From assembly GCA_036172245.1 (NCBI GenBank), contig JAYWIR010000020.1:930001-994000 (forward strand): 64,000 nucleotides of DNA, written 5' to 3'. The translations under genes were made by a program, and so were the position numbers. Below the pieces are notes generated by a model. That model worked only from the letters and a program-made list of their open reading frames with translations. It did not search any database and had not been told where the DNA came from. Each line of letters begins with the position of its first letter. The stretch's first letter is position 1. Positions 37,051 to 50,330 of the stretch are shown in pieces. This DNA is from Raillietiella orientalis (Eukaryota).

Positions 37051-40000
37051 TTTGCATCCCTTGCGGAAATCCGATTTGTAAGACTTGCAAGAGCCTGCTT
37101 CTTTTTTTCTCAGAATTTTTGAAAGGCTACGCCGGAAGCGCTGTGGGAAACCGCCTTGTGTTAATGCTCCAAGGATGAGAAAGTTGCCTTGGAAGCCGCA
37201 AGTATGGCTTCGTCAGCTTCTTCAGAACGATCGGCCTCGAGTGGCAGCTGGAGAGTTTCTTTCAAGGCGGTTTCTGCTGGTTCGAAAAACCATTTCGACG
37301 AGTACAGTGCATCATGATGAGATGTCGCCGAGGAAAACGGGCTAGGCGGAGTTCTTTAAATGTAACTGACCATGAGCTCTCTTACCTCGATGATAAGTCC
37401 AATCTGGATAATAGGAACTCTATCATTCATGGGAATGAATATGTGCTGGAAGCACCTATAAGAAAAGCATTAGTGTTCCTGCATTTGATAATCTGCAGCG
37501 ATCATTCATCTGCAAAGAGATACTGTCTGGGAAACAAGCAGCACTTTCACTTCCCACGCAGCTGAAGTATATCACTGCTTCAAGCTCAGAGATAAAAACT
37601 GCGGCTCTCGTGCTTTCGCAAAAGCTTAAACCGCTTCATTTTCAGTGGAGTTCTGCTGCAGAGTTCCGGTTATCGACAGTTATCGTTATCAAGGGGAACA
37701 GGAAGAAGAGGTCTTCAAATGATCTGGTTTCCACAGGAACAAGAGGAGTTTCCTATTCTCTTGAAGCTGTGTAGCATCTTGCGTGTGGGAAAAACTGTGT
37801 TGCCATTGCACAGCGAAACGGGAAGGAGCCGGAACTTGAACTCAGTTTCTGGTCAGCTTGCTCAGAAAGCAATGATAAGAAGACCTGAAATGATATAGGC
37901 CTGGAATAAGCATACCTATGATGTAGCTAAAGTTCATTTACTCGTCCCTTCTTCCTTCGGCCTCCTTCCTCAACGCAAAACCCTCCCATTTCCACTGAAC
38001 CGAACTTCTGTTTTCGTTTGTGGGGTCGTGAAAGTAATTCAGACATATAAAAGCAATCGGTTTACACTCTTTGGCTGATCTTCCGCTTCCATAGTGACTG
38101 TTCTCTTAATTACTTCAGGGCGCTTTCCTCAGGCATGGAAGATAATTCGTTGGTTGTAATTGAAATTTGTTTCGTTCTTTGCTGACAGAATGCGAGCTCC
38201 ATTTCCTCCCGAGCAGTTTACCACTTCGAAAGGCTCGGTCAAGTGAAAGCATAGCATGGACGCGACGAGCAGACTTGGCCGATGAATTTTCCTGCCCCTG
38301 GTCCTTTTTTTCGATTTTCCAGGAAGATGCGCAACACTCGAGAGTTCTTGTCGAAAGCATGCCAGTACCTTTGAAGGCCTGCTGCACAATTATAAGGCAC
38401 AATGCATCACGTGGTGGTCTGTGGTATGACCGTTTGCCATCCTAAACGACTGCAAACACACAGGTCTGAAGACCACTTCGTTCTGAAGTGGACTTCAAGT
38501 GATTTTACCAGAGGGGCACTTTGAGAAGTTTTCCATTGGATGACTCTATCCTTTTTCGGCCCCATTTTCGATCCTCCCTCCTTTCGGCTCTTTTTAGAGC
38601 AATGATTTCATCTGAAAATCATCATTTCACCTTTTACCATGGTGCACCTCAAGAGGCAAAAGGTTTCTTTGGTGAGTTGGGAAAACATCTAAAGAATAGC
38701 AGCGTATTGAAGAAGTGTCAATGTGAGCCAAAGCAATAGATAAGGATGTCTCAGATTGAACTACCTGACTCCGATGAAGTAAACAGAATGCTCAACAAAT
38801 CAAAAATCCGGAGCAAGCACTCCCAAACACCTTTCGGAAAACAAGGAAAGTGTTGCAAATGTACAGGAGTCATGCATCCTCTGTTTTTTCAAAGTATGGC
38901 AGCAGTCTCATTGAAGAGAATAACGACAGAAAGAAAACCTTACTGCTTTTCCTCAAGGATATTTGCGTTGACATAGTTCCGGAATCCCATTTTCTGAAGC
39001 CATGCATGGAAATGTTTTTTTTTTTTCATCAATGCATGCTGATGCAACGGAAACAGTGTTCTTGAATTGCAAAGTTATCAATTTGAGAATTTCTTTCCCA
39101 CTGTATCATCATTACATTGCATTTTTCACACTGTCTGCATGTTTTTTATATTGGTAGAAGTATTTACCAAGATCCCGCTCTCATTTTTATTTCTGCCTTA
39201 TTGACCAATGTCACTCTAGCAGATTGCGTCCACCTTTAAAATTACATCGTAACTATTTCATGGAAGCCTACAGGCTAAATTTTCCATATTGCTCGGGAAG
39301 GAAGTATCATTAAAGCGATCATTCACATTCTTCCAGATCAGCCTTCAAACCAAGGTGGAGCATAAGGTGCTGGCACTCCTTGTTTCTATCGTGATCTGCT
39401 GATGCCCGAAAACGTGAATTGAGCTGCATCCGCAGACGATGGCGGTGCTGCAGGGTCCCCTAATTTGCAACTTCCACCTGTTGTTCCGAAGGTAGGAGGA
39501 ACCTCGTTACTCTCCTTGGAATTCCTCGATCCCGTTTCCATTCCATGAAATCGATTTCCACAAACTGTTGCAGCGACAGCACGTATCAAAACACACATCT
39601 GCTCCCCATTTCGTTGCGTTCATTGCAACGGAATGAGGAGGAAGGGGAGATCTAAAAACAGTAGTATTTTTGCCGTGTCAGAAGATTTCAAAGCTGAAAG
39701 GTTTAAGACTTTCATTATTATTGTCTTTTTTTTGGCTTCCTTCTCCATAGCCCTGGGTACAAAGCTCAAGAACTGGGTTTATGAGATCGTGGCCCTAATT
39801 TTCTAATTTCAGCAATGCTATTGGCAACGATCCACATTACTGAAACGACTTGATTCTTGATGTTGTCAATACACTTGGCATGCTGCTCCCCTTTTGACGA
39901 ATCGCATAAAAACATCGTATTTGCACCATCCTCCCAAAGAAACGAATGGCTTCCCTCGGATGTCTCTGAAAAACAAAGCGGTCAGTGCGATGCTGGAAAA

Positions 40001-40251
40001 AGTATCTTTGATGGAATTCCACTTTTTCACGAGATGAGGGGAAGTGGGGGAAGATCTCAATGGGGGTTTCAAAGAAGATTAGCAAAGTTGAGCTTCCCCC
40101 TGGTGAATAACTCAAGTCCGGCATGACCTCGTCTTAACCTCTGACGAACTGATTCAAACTTTTCGTGCTAGCATGACATGTGAGCATCTAATCTAATGCA
40201 ACCCTCCGTCGACAAGTTTGGGATGTTCCTGGGATTCACCGGGACTGCAGT

Positions 40252-40287
40252 ACTGAAACTGCAAACACTGCAAACACTGCAAACACT
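40252..40287. repeat. Short tandem repeat (ACTGCAAAC)x3
   Basis: actgaaactgcaaacactgcaaacactgcaaacac. Confidence 0.85.
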
Positions 40288-41649
40288 TCAGTTTCTCATC
40301 CCTTTTCTGCGTGGAGCATCCTCGCACTCTGCATCCTCGGTTCAGTTACACGAATGACCGAAGTCATCAAAGCAGATTTTTCATGATTTTGAATTAAAAA
40401 GGAAGGTCTACAATTTAACTACCCATTCCAGAATTCCTTTGGGGAAAGGAAGTGAAATGCTTAAATTTCACGTTCGGAAAGGGAAAGGCTGATTCACCTA
40501 TCTGCATCAGTTTATCACTTAGAGGGGAAGACGTATAAAATGTGTAAGAAAGACGATAGTAACATGCTCTGGTATTCGATTGCAATGAATAACATGCATG
40601 CATTGAATGGTGTACATATTTAATTGGATATTGTTCGTTTAGGAAGTTCAGAACACAAATTCAATTAATATAATTGTTACATTACGTGAGGAAGTAAATG
40701 TAAAGTATACTCGTAATTCATAAGTGCCCTAAAAGCACGGGGTATTCTATGTATACATGTATATATACATAGAATATGTATATATATATACATGTATAAT
40801 AATGTGTGAATGTGATGTAAATGGACAATATGCAGAATGTTTATGAGGGATGAGAGATTGATTTTTTGTTTTCAGAATATCTGAGCATCCACGGTGAGAG
40901 CGACCACTATGCCTAGAAAGAGGTGATGGCAAGGGAAACTGAGCATGAATTCTTCTAAGCATGGCTCCATTTTCTATGCTAAGGAAGATCCACGTAAAAG
41001 ATTAGTCGACGAGTGGATTGCTCCATAATATCCACGCATAGTATTCGAAGTATTTATTCATGTATGTAATGTTATCTAATGTATCATATACAGTGTGCTA
41101 CGTGACACTCAAGTTGACTTTGCAGTTCGTTGTAAAATAAATCACTTAATATCTATCATTTGCTGATCTCTATCTAAATGTTGGGTTTTGATTCGATTCA
41201 AAGAATAGATAGATGATTTCTAGACTTCCATTCGCATTATTCATGGAAGGTGTGCGAGAAAAATAAGACTGACTTTCATTAATTGAAAAGAGCATGAAAT
41301 AATACGTATTATCACATTTGGTACAGTTATATAGTGTAACACGAATACACTATTTAATAAATCACAATAATAGAACAATACGTATGGATAATGTTGATAT
41401 TTTATTGGTTAAATGAGTATTTCTTAAAAAGGGTGCTGTTACAGTTCAAATCTTCCTGAAACTCATCCAAGGATCACGGGATAATAACGAGACATTTCTT
41501 ACTATTAATCATCTTTATCGATGCTTTCCTGGAGATATTCTTACCTTTATTTTCTCAAGCTCCCCTCCATCCTCCTCCCAATCATCGTTTCCACTCATCT
41601 AAGCAAGGCTCAAAAAAATCCAGAAGGTCATTCTTGGGTTTTCTTGAAC

Positions 41650-43260
41650 CTAAGTGAGGCATGGAGCATGCAATTACTCATCCTCCCTCTGTCCAAGCTC
41701 CTACACACGCAGTGGTACTTTCTTCTCAGGATGAAGCATCGTTTCCCCATCCGGGTGCCCGGTCCAAGCGCTAATCGCTTGCCGATTCTGAGCAGGACGG
41801 CCTCTCGAAGGGGTGTGCTCCTGGAAGTGCAGCATCATTTCACAAGGAGCTTCTCAACAAGATGATTAATGACGATGACGAGCTATTTGCTTGGAAAGGG
41901 GAGCGTGCGAAGCGCACAAACCTGACGATTCCAGAAGTCGCGGGACGCACGCGGGCGGAGCCGCGTCTTGAAGAGGAGCTCTCTTCGACGCTTTCAACCG
42001 GCTCCTCAACGGTTGTGCTTCAGCGGCCGGGAGCGATCCTCTAGCTCCATCTTCCAGCTGGAGGATTCGCTGCCCGCATCGTGGAAGGCGTCTGCCGCCT
42101 TTCGCGCCTCGATCAGTCACGGCGCTTCTGCGGCCGCGTGTCCATCCGGAGCTCGACGGGTCTTCTCCACCTCAACCGACCCTTCGACTTGGAGGCAGGG
42201 ATGCTTGGGCTGCACGCGAGAGACCCAGCCGGGTGGAAATCGAGCCAGCTAGATCGTATCCGTGACGGGAACAGCGTCCTTTTGGGCCCGTCAGGCCCGC
42301 GAGCTCCCTGCTCAGGGTGACCTCGGGTGAAGCAGCGTGGCCTGAAAGCAGGGACCTCGCGAAAGCCGCAAGGCCGAGTCCCGGGAAAGCGTCTCTGCTC
42401 CACCGATCTTCCTGGAAGAGACGAGGTCCTTTGCAGGAATCCGCCTTCTCGAGAACCTTCGTTGGTGATCGTCACGAGAGGAAATGCCCTCGAGCGACTG
42501 GATGCGAGCGGAAGAGGGGAACTACCTCACATCCGCACCAAGGCCGTTCCATTCCGCCTCCTATCCGGAGCACGGGTCCATCGGCATGCATGACGCCAGC
42601 TCCTTGGCAAATGCTGTGCCCTCCACGGATGGGACCCGGCGGAAACACGGAGTTACGGGCGAAGCGCGTCCCAGAAGGGAGCCGTGGAGAGCTAAGGGAC
42701 CGATCTGCAGGATTTCGAGCGGAAACGGGGCTCCAGAAAAGCCGCTTCTGGAGCAAAGCTGGCGGCAATGCAGCTTTGCTCCAGAAGTGGCAGGAACCGA
42801 TCCCGCGAGGCGATCTCTTTGCCCTGGGAGAAATCCTCATCTCCGGCCGACACGATGTTCTCTCCAAAAGACGTCTGGGAGGATTACGTTCAGAAGCTCT
42901 AGCTGTAAGGGAATGTCAAGGTCGGATCAAAAAAGTCAGAGATCAGCTGACGCAAATTTTTTTTTTTTAGACAGCAAGCCATGCCTTCGCACATCTCCTG
43001 GGAAAAGGCAGACCTTTTCCCTAGAGATGATTACTCAGTCCTGCAAGGGAGTGGGTGAGCTGGAGGAGGGTTGCACCATGAAAGAACGCTCAGGACTGGG
43101 ATGGTTTTCCTCTCCCCTTTATGCCTACCTCATCTCCCGGCAGCCCGCCGAAAAGTCGGCGCTCGGCGCTTCTTGGCTCGACTAACTCCCTGGTTTCTCG
43201 GGCTAGCCCTTCTCTTCCCACCACATGACCCTCATTGCGATCGCTCGCTGCCCATGTAGA
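41650..43260 (+). mobile_element. L1/Tx1-like LINE ORF2 3' portion
   Basis: HTQWYFLL, LFAWKGERAKRTNLTIPEVAG (cf. F.W.G.......L..P...GG) and degenerate zf-RVT ICRI...E......QCSFA at ~42700-42790. Confidence 0.45.
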
Positions 43261-43299
43261 CCTGCCTGAAGAACGTCAGCCTACAGAGGCGAAGTTGAC

Positions 43300-46200
43300 T
43301 CAGGGAGTCCTTGGAAAGAGTTCACTCACTGCCTCCTGCGGGAGTTTTGCTTTGCCCGGAAGAAGAAACTTCCTCCTCTCTGGGAGGAGGACGACGCTCT
43401 CCCCGACGTGAGTGGCGGCCGCTTGCGGATCCTCTCTGCCTGTTCCGCTTTTCGCTTTCGCCGTCTCACTCCCCTCCCCTTCTCCCTATCAGCGCCCTTC
43501 CAGTCATCGTGGCTCAGGTTCTTCGCCCCTTCAGCAGGGGAATGCCCTTCGAGAGGCTGCTCCCTAGCCAGTGGGAGGGGAAGGCGCCCCATGCTGCGGC
43601 AGAAGCCGCGCCGCCACCAGCCAGGAGACAGCCCCGATGGGAATGGTGGAGCGCCCGGTGAGGACTGGCAGGGAATGGCGTTCTCTCCAGGACGACAGAG
43701 CAAGGGTGGGAAGGAACACGAAAGCGCCTTCTCGTCGCCATCGATTCTCGCTCAGCAGGAGGAGGACTCCTTCCCCCTGTGGGTCTGCAATTGCCCGTAG
43801 GTCCCGGTCGTTGCGCTGCGGTAAGCTGAGGCGCGTCTGAATTTTACGCCTCCCGACCGACAGGAGCGTCCAGCGGAGGCAGGGAGGGGCAAGCGGGCCG
43901 AGCCCTCTGAAAGGATCTTCGGAGTCTCCGGTGGAAGCTCTACCTCCGGTGTCCACCTCTGGAGAGAGATGTGGAGGTGCGGATTCCTTCCCTCGAGAAA
44001 GGTCACCGACTGCGCTGCAGGGGCTGCGAACTAGATGAGGAGGACCCTCCAGGCCTCCTCGTTGCCAGGGAAACTGGGACGGGATCCTCGAAGGCGGAAG
44101 GAATCTTCCGAAATTCTCGATGGACTCCTGGGGATCCCAGGCTTTTCCCACTGGACTCCTTGACGCTTTCGCTGCTCTGCCAGATGCAAGTTGCCTTCTT
44201 GCTGGTTCTCCGTAGATCCCCCTCGAGTGCCAACGATTACAGGGCTGCACCGTGAGAGCTCCTGGAGGGGGCGTCCCAGAAAAGGGCGTCCTGCCCTCTC
44301 GAAGATGTCCCCCTGCACTCGCAAAGCAAGCTGCTAACCTCTTGGCCCCCACCGGTCACCTCCTCCTCGTCCGCTACGTACGAACAGCAGCGGGGGAAGG
44401 GAGGAGAAGGAAGATGGGGATGCAGGAACAGCTCCCTTCGAAGCACTGGGGGCTCCTTCGCCACCTCCGTCGCTCTTGAGTGGGAGCTGGTGCGGTGAAG
44501 TACCTCCGACCGATGGACTACTCAAAAGGGATGGTCAGGTAAATCGTGGGAAAGCTTGAGACCCCAGTGGTAACAGCATCCCTTCCTTTCCCCCCTCCCC
44601 ATTCCCGATGCACGGGAGGCGCTTTCCCCGCGTGTCCTGTCATGCTCTCGGGAGGCGCTTCTGCGACGGCGCGACGTGCTCCGGACGTTTTCAGAGGACG
44701 GCTAGGATCGTCTTACTGGGCGGCAGCAGGCTCTTCCTGATGAAGCAGGCTGCCGCGCCAGAACTGATGCTCCTCCAGTCCGGGACACCGCACTTTGGCA
44801 ACGGAAAGCAGGACGCCCTGATGGCTCGGCGCCGGAAGCAGCGCTGAGCGCCAGATCCTCGAAAGGGGGTCTCCTCTCGCCCTAGGCGGGGAAGCAGACC
44901 TATTTCTATTGACCTAGTTCGATAGAAACTCTTTCGGGTTCCTCTGCGTTTGCTGCCGTCTCTGCAGCTCTTTTCTTTCTTTCTATTTTTCGGCTCGCTG
45001 AGTGCTGAAGAACCTCCCACCTCCCTGAGAGTTCCCTCAGAGGGGACTCACCAAGCACTTCAATGCTGTTCTCAAGTCACCCGACGGTGCGTGTGAGGGA
45101 TCGAGGAGTGCTTCGAGTAGAGGGTGACCCCAGGTGAATCCAGGAAGGCTCTGGAGGAAGGAGTCCGTTCCTCTCATGCTTGGTAGAGAACCCCGAAGAG
45201 ATCATCCTCTTCCTTTTTCTCTCTGGAGGGACGCCGGAAGGGATCCGTTCGGGAATTTCTTCTCCGGAGTGCACCCGGAAAGGAACGGCTCCCGTTTTCC
45301 TCCTCTGAAGGGAACCCCGAAGGGGCTCTTCCGAATTTTCTCTGCAGGGCGCTCCCCGGAGGGAGTGCGCTTCTTGGCACTCTGGAGAGGTGCTGAACCA
45401 CCAGCTCCATGCTTCGAGATGGGGAGATCTCCCCATTTGGGGAAGCAGGCGGCTCCGTTTCACAATTGGAGGGGAGTCCCGAGGGACTCCTTGATTCCTG
45501 GAAGAACTCCGGAGAGGAAGCCAACTTCCAATTCCGGCACTCATGGAGGGGGCATCCGGTTCCTGGATTCCTCCAGTGCTGCCACACCCAAAGCCCATGG
45601 ATGAATCCGCGTCATGCTGCGGCGGAGAACTGGAAACTCACGACGCACCTTTCGTTCTCAGCTTCGCTCTTTCTCCAGGTGGGATTCGAACCCGCGACGC
45701 TCGTCGCCGCGTTGCCGCCAACGCGGGAGGCAGCGGGAGTTCGGGCGGCACTCGGGCCCGTGCACGACGTGAACAGACACTGAGCGGCTCGTCTCGGTAG
45801 AGTCTCCCTTGGGGACGCGATCTCCGGCCCGAGGAAGTGGGTGCGCCATCCTGGCTGTGGCGCCGGGCGTCTCTCTGGGAAGGGTATGGCGGGAATTTCC
45901 CGAGCCTACCGGAAGGAGCTGCCCGGCTGCTCGGTGTGAGGAGGGCCTCTGCTCGGTCAAACTGACCCGCTGCGGGAAAGGAGGTGGTGGGGGTTCTTCC
46001 TGCGCGCAGTAGAAGGAGGATCCCCCTCTCTTCCAGACGCGTCCCCAGAATGAGCTCTCTCGGCCCTCGCGGCAGCTGCCGTCATCTTGCGCCGCCGCAT
46101 CTGCGTCAGCAAGGCGCTCAAGGAGCCACGTTTGTAGTGAAGAGTGAAGCCGCCATATGCCTCCTTCGCCTGCCCGTTTCCGTGCTTCATAGATCTGGAA

Positions 46201-47900
46201 GACGAGAGCTCGTGATTTCAGCAACGGGGAAGGGAGGTCCGCCTCGCTCGCGGGGTACGGAGATCGGGGTCCTGAAGAACAGAAGCTTGGAGAATCCTTC
46301 CACATGCTTTACTGACTTTTGTATTCTTCTCTGCTTCCATTCCATCTATCTGTGACTGCAGAGGTCGGCCCCAACAGACCCAACCGCACATCGCCTCTTT
46401 CGTTCCACTAGGGATTAGGGCTCTCTTTCCTCCTCGGGATATTTGTGATTTGTCCGCCTCATGGCAATCCAATAAACATCCCTTCTGCTGGGAGGGCTGT
46501 CTGGAGCGTCTTGGTGTCCCTGCGGAGATAAGCGTGGCTTCAGGGTTTTTCTTCGAGACGGCGACCTCGGTGCAAGACAATGGTTTTCGCCTTCCGGCGC
46601 TTTTGGGTTTCACCACGAACCCGCGAGAGTGTCCGCAGGTAGAGAGTCTGCCATTCGCTGCCGGCGGATGATTCCCTGGTAATCTCTCCAGGACGAAGGA
46701 GGCAAGAGAGAATCTTTCCCTGCTGCCTCCCTTTCCTTCATTGCCTCGTGGGTGGCGGAAGGAGACGGGAGATGAGAGGGGAAGTGGGGAACTTGCACCT
46801 TTACTGAGACTGGCTCCTTTTGTCTCCTGGTAGGCACTTCCTGCTCCGGGAGTACCTGCGGCGATTGTTCTAGGACTCCGACCACCTTCCGCGCTCCTCG
46901 AGCAGCGTGGATCCGTCCGCGTCTTCATCAAGAAATGAGCAAGTGGCCTTCAGCCTGTGGCGAGGAGAGGAGGACGCTGCAGCCACCGTTGCCGATGGAA
47001 ACCCCGCAGCGGGACCACCACCGATCTCGAAAAAGCGGGGCAGTCGGACGGTCCTTCCTCATTCTGAGAAGCGGAAGAACCCGGGACGCGTTCCGTGGAC
47101 TCTTCCGCACCGACCCTCATGCATCCTGGAAGAAATCTTTCCCCTGAGGTGCCTCCTCCCACGATCATCTGGATTCCTCCTAGGTCGACACAGTCCTCTC
47201 GCGAATGGGCTTCCTTTTCAGAGAACGAGGACGGGTGCTCTGCTGCGTATCCTTCCTGCTCAATGTTCTCCCCGAGCGCGAATACGGAGGACGTCCCGGA
47301 AGATGCGAGAAGGAAGCGAAGTCACCCCGTTGCCAGGCACGGCATCCTTCGGAGCTCTCTCTCGACAGGAACCTTCTGGGTGCGCGAAAGTCACCTTTCG
47401 GAGATGCGAAAAAGGACCTCGACATTCCCCGCTCCACAGTGTGACTCCTTGCCTCTCCCTGCTTCGAGCAGAAGACCTCTGCCTCCGCCGGAGGGTTTTA
47501 ACTTGAAGCCACCCTGGCCTGGTCCCAGCAATAACCCCTTCCCCTTTCCAAGAGTGAAAAAACTAAGCCCTCCAAGGAGAGTAGAGGTCCATACAGCTGC
47601 GAAAGAGGAGCCCGGTGGCTGCTAAGGTCGAGGGCTTCCAGAATGGTTCCCAAGAGGAATCGGAGCATTTGGATGCTGGCGTTGTCCTCGGGAAGGGGGA
47701 AGGACAAGCCAATCTTCAAGGTCATTCCCTTCGTACGTATGCAAGTACAGTGGGAAGTGCCCAGCTATGCAAAATGCGATCTCTGGTGCGGGGGTGTAGG
47801 ACGTGGAGGCTGCGCGAGTTTTGCCTCCAAGACTCCGCACACAAACAAATCTTGACGCCTTCTTCCTTCTTCCCTCGTGCGGGGATCAAAGGCGGATCCT
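43300..47900 (+). mobile_element. Decayed DIRS-like element (RT-RNaseH-MT-YR), interrupted by SINE copy 4
   Basis: RAPDVF (~44675, cf. RT LPFGL..AP.VF), ISATGKGGPPRS (~46220, RNase H), DICDLSASWQSNKHPF (~46440) and MVFAFRRF (~46580) for MT, VSFLLNVL (~47250, YR box I) and QGHSLRTYAST (~47715-47750, YR HxxR). Confidence 0.65.
44940..45759 (-). mobile_element. tRNA-headed SINE-like element, copy 4
   Basis: Minus strand B-box GCGGGTTCGAATCCCACC (plus 45677-45695). Shared blocks tgcgtcgtg, aaccggatg and cttccaggaatcaaggag. Array 45140-45520. Tail ctcgctgagtgc..aagaacc beside a T-rich run. Confidence 0.8.
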
Positions 47901-47949
47901 CCACATCCGTTCGAAGGACCGTCTCCCTCGTTTGAACGGGGAAGACCAG

Positions 47950-49100
47950 GGTCCCTCCAACGGGAGTCCGGCGGAGGTTTAGGTCGGGAGTTCGCAGTCC
48001 TCGGTGGTGCTAAGAGTTCCGCCACCTGGGACTGCCGTAAGCGCCCGAAATTCAAGCCACAGAATTCCGCAGACGGGTACCTGTCCAGCGGATTCTCCGG
48101 ATCTCGTTTAGCCCAACCCCTGAGAGGAATTTGCATCTGCGCCGTCTATCACGAAAGACTCCCTGCGAAGTCCTCTCGTTCATGCCATCGTACCTTCCCG
48201 TATCGCCGAAGAAGGAACGGCTCGTTGCAGCAGGAAGCAATAAACGAGCTAAAAATACCAGGGAGCATATGGAGCCCCGCGCGAACGGGAACCTTCACAT
48301 CCACGTGGGAGCATCCCCATCCAGGGGTCCAATCAGCGTGGGCGAGTGTGCACTCGAATCTCCACTGCAGGAACAACAAAAATCATTCGATGCGTCAGCG
48401 CCGGAATCTCGCGGGATCTCCTGACTGGCAGAAAAGCCCGATTTATCCCTGCGAGCTTCCAGCATCACTGAAGCTAGCCGGATCCTGCAACCGCTCTCTC
48501 CTCCCGCACTACGAGTGGGTACGAAATGAGTGGGCTTCCTTCCCACAGTGGCCAAGACCTTACCCTGGCACCAAAGCAGTGACCGCATCCGCGCACCACT
48601 CACTCCCTACCACTGCTGTGCTCTGCTCCCCCGAGAATCTCCGGAAAATCCTGCATCCTCCGGGTTCTGCAATCCCCTTTGCGAGCTTACCCGAGTATAT
48701 AGCAGAAACACTAACGGCGATGGGCAATGGCAAGTGCCTTGGAGAGGGAGGGAGCTGGACCGAAAAAACACTTCATTCCCCATTCCAGCTGCAGAGCATG
48801 CAGCTCTGGTCCCGGGATCGAGAGGCTTTGCTTCCCGTCCTTCCTCTCTTGCAAGGAAAGCGACCAGTGGAAACGACAAATTCGTCTACTTTCATGCCTT
48901 TCCCGGAGAAAACAGCGCCTTTTTCCAACGAGGAAAAGCGATCGAATGAAAAGAGTCCCCACCGAGGAGAGCACACGTCACTCCAGCAGTAATCAAACTT
49001 CTTCCGAGCCAAAACAAGAAGAAAAAGAAGCCAGTTTCGAGGTCCGGTAGTCGTAGATTCGCTTCGACACCTCGCAGCTGGGAGGGGAGAGGGGGAGGAA
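47950..49100 (-). mobile_element. Tyrosine recombinase remnant (DIRS/Ngaro/Crypton-like)
   Basis: Minus strand PRNWLLFLLVL (~49030) and SFR-like agtctttcgt (~48155), then FLSGVGLNEIRRIRW (~48085-48130, cf. A...G+...I...GRW). Confidence 0.35.
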
Positions 49101-49169
49101 GCTTCCGGGAACGCGACGACGTTGCTGGTCGTACACTTGCTCACGCCGAAGGCCAAACATCGCTTGATC

Positions 49170-50330
49170 ATCAGCCGGGTGTGCCGGGGTGTTTATTTCA
49201 TTGAAAATGAAGAATCACAATCTCTGTGGTTGGACTGGCGGTCCAGCCACGTGCAATTTAGCGGGAGCCTGCCGAGTTACCAGTACGCAGACAAACGAGT
49301 TCCTCCGCGGCAACGGAGGGGAGGGGCAACAAAAAGAAAAAGAAACAAAAAATAAAAATCAAATAAATAAATTTGGTAGGGTGCGGGAAAGGATCAGGGT
49401 CACCTGGGGGCGTTCCTTTGCACCATTTGGAGGATGCCGGAAAGCTCTTGCCGCATGCTGTTGTTCTTCAGGTGGGGCCATCTTGTTTTCATCTCATGAA
49501 TCGGACGGCAAAGTGGATGGCATCCCTCTCGCTCGGTCCCCGACTTGCGTCGCTCTAGGCAGTAACGATCTCTCTTAGGCAGCAGAGTTCTGCTAGCAAG
49601 GCTGCCGGCCGAAGAACGCCGTGTACCCAGAGGAATCTTACAGTGTCTTGGAGTTGCTGCTGGGGGTTCGTGGGGCCGCGGCAAAGCGTTCCCAGAGGGA
49701 GGGCAACACAGGTGCCTCAAACGGGTGCGGGAGGGATTCACGCTTCCCGAACCTGGCACACTTCGGTTTTACACCGCCTCGTGTCCAGTGATGCTGGCGG
49801 GGGTTGCACGGGAGGTCCCAGTGCAACAGCATCGACGCCACCTCCTGCCACTTTAAAGAGAGGGTGTGGGTTGCAACGTCGTCTGGTGGAGCGCTCTTCT
49901 TAGCTCCCAGTGGACGTCGGCGGCGGGTCGCGCGGTTCTGCGTTCCGTTCTTTCCGATCACCACACCACAGGTACCGCATTCCCCGGGGCAGTCGGCGGT
50001 AAGCGCCTTCCGGTCATCTGGCGACCGGGGAAGGAGAAACGCAACGGCGACGCTGATGTCGAAGAGGGTTCGTGCGAGTCGCTATTCTCCGAGGTCAGAG
50101 AATGGAGACTTGGTGCTCAGTAGGGAAGCTCACTCAACCCCTGTCCACACCGTCGTCTGCGTGTCGTGTGCGTCGTCTGTGTCTGTCGCTTTCGGTGCCC
50201 GAGGGGACTTCCGGATGTGATGTCGAGTCCGGCACGACCGGTGCAATCGGCTTCCGGGCAGGAGGGAGAGCTCAGTTGCGCGAAACTGCCTTGCTTAGCC
50301 ATTTTTCTGCGGCATCCGAGGAATTGGTTC
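49170..50330 (-). mobile_element. 5'-truncated L1/Tx1-like LINE (zf-RVT + 3' UTR)
   Basis: LLHWDLPCNPR...KCARFGKRESLPHPF..LPSLWERF (zf-RVT). 3' end AATAAACACCCCGGCACACCCGG on the minus strand. Homologous to 50700-51000. Confidence 0.7.

Noticed and set aside
47877..48992. Longest ORF (371 aa, plus strand) as a real gene
   Set aside because: No recognisable domain, and S/P/R-rich composition. The weak YR motifs are on the opposite strand.
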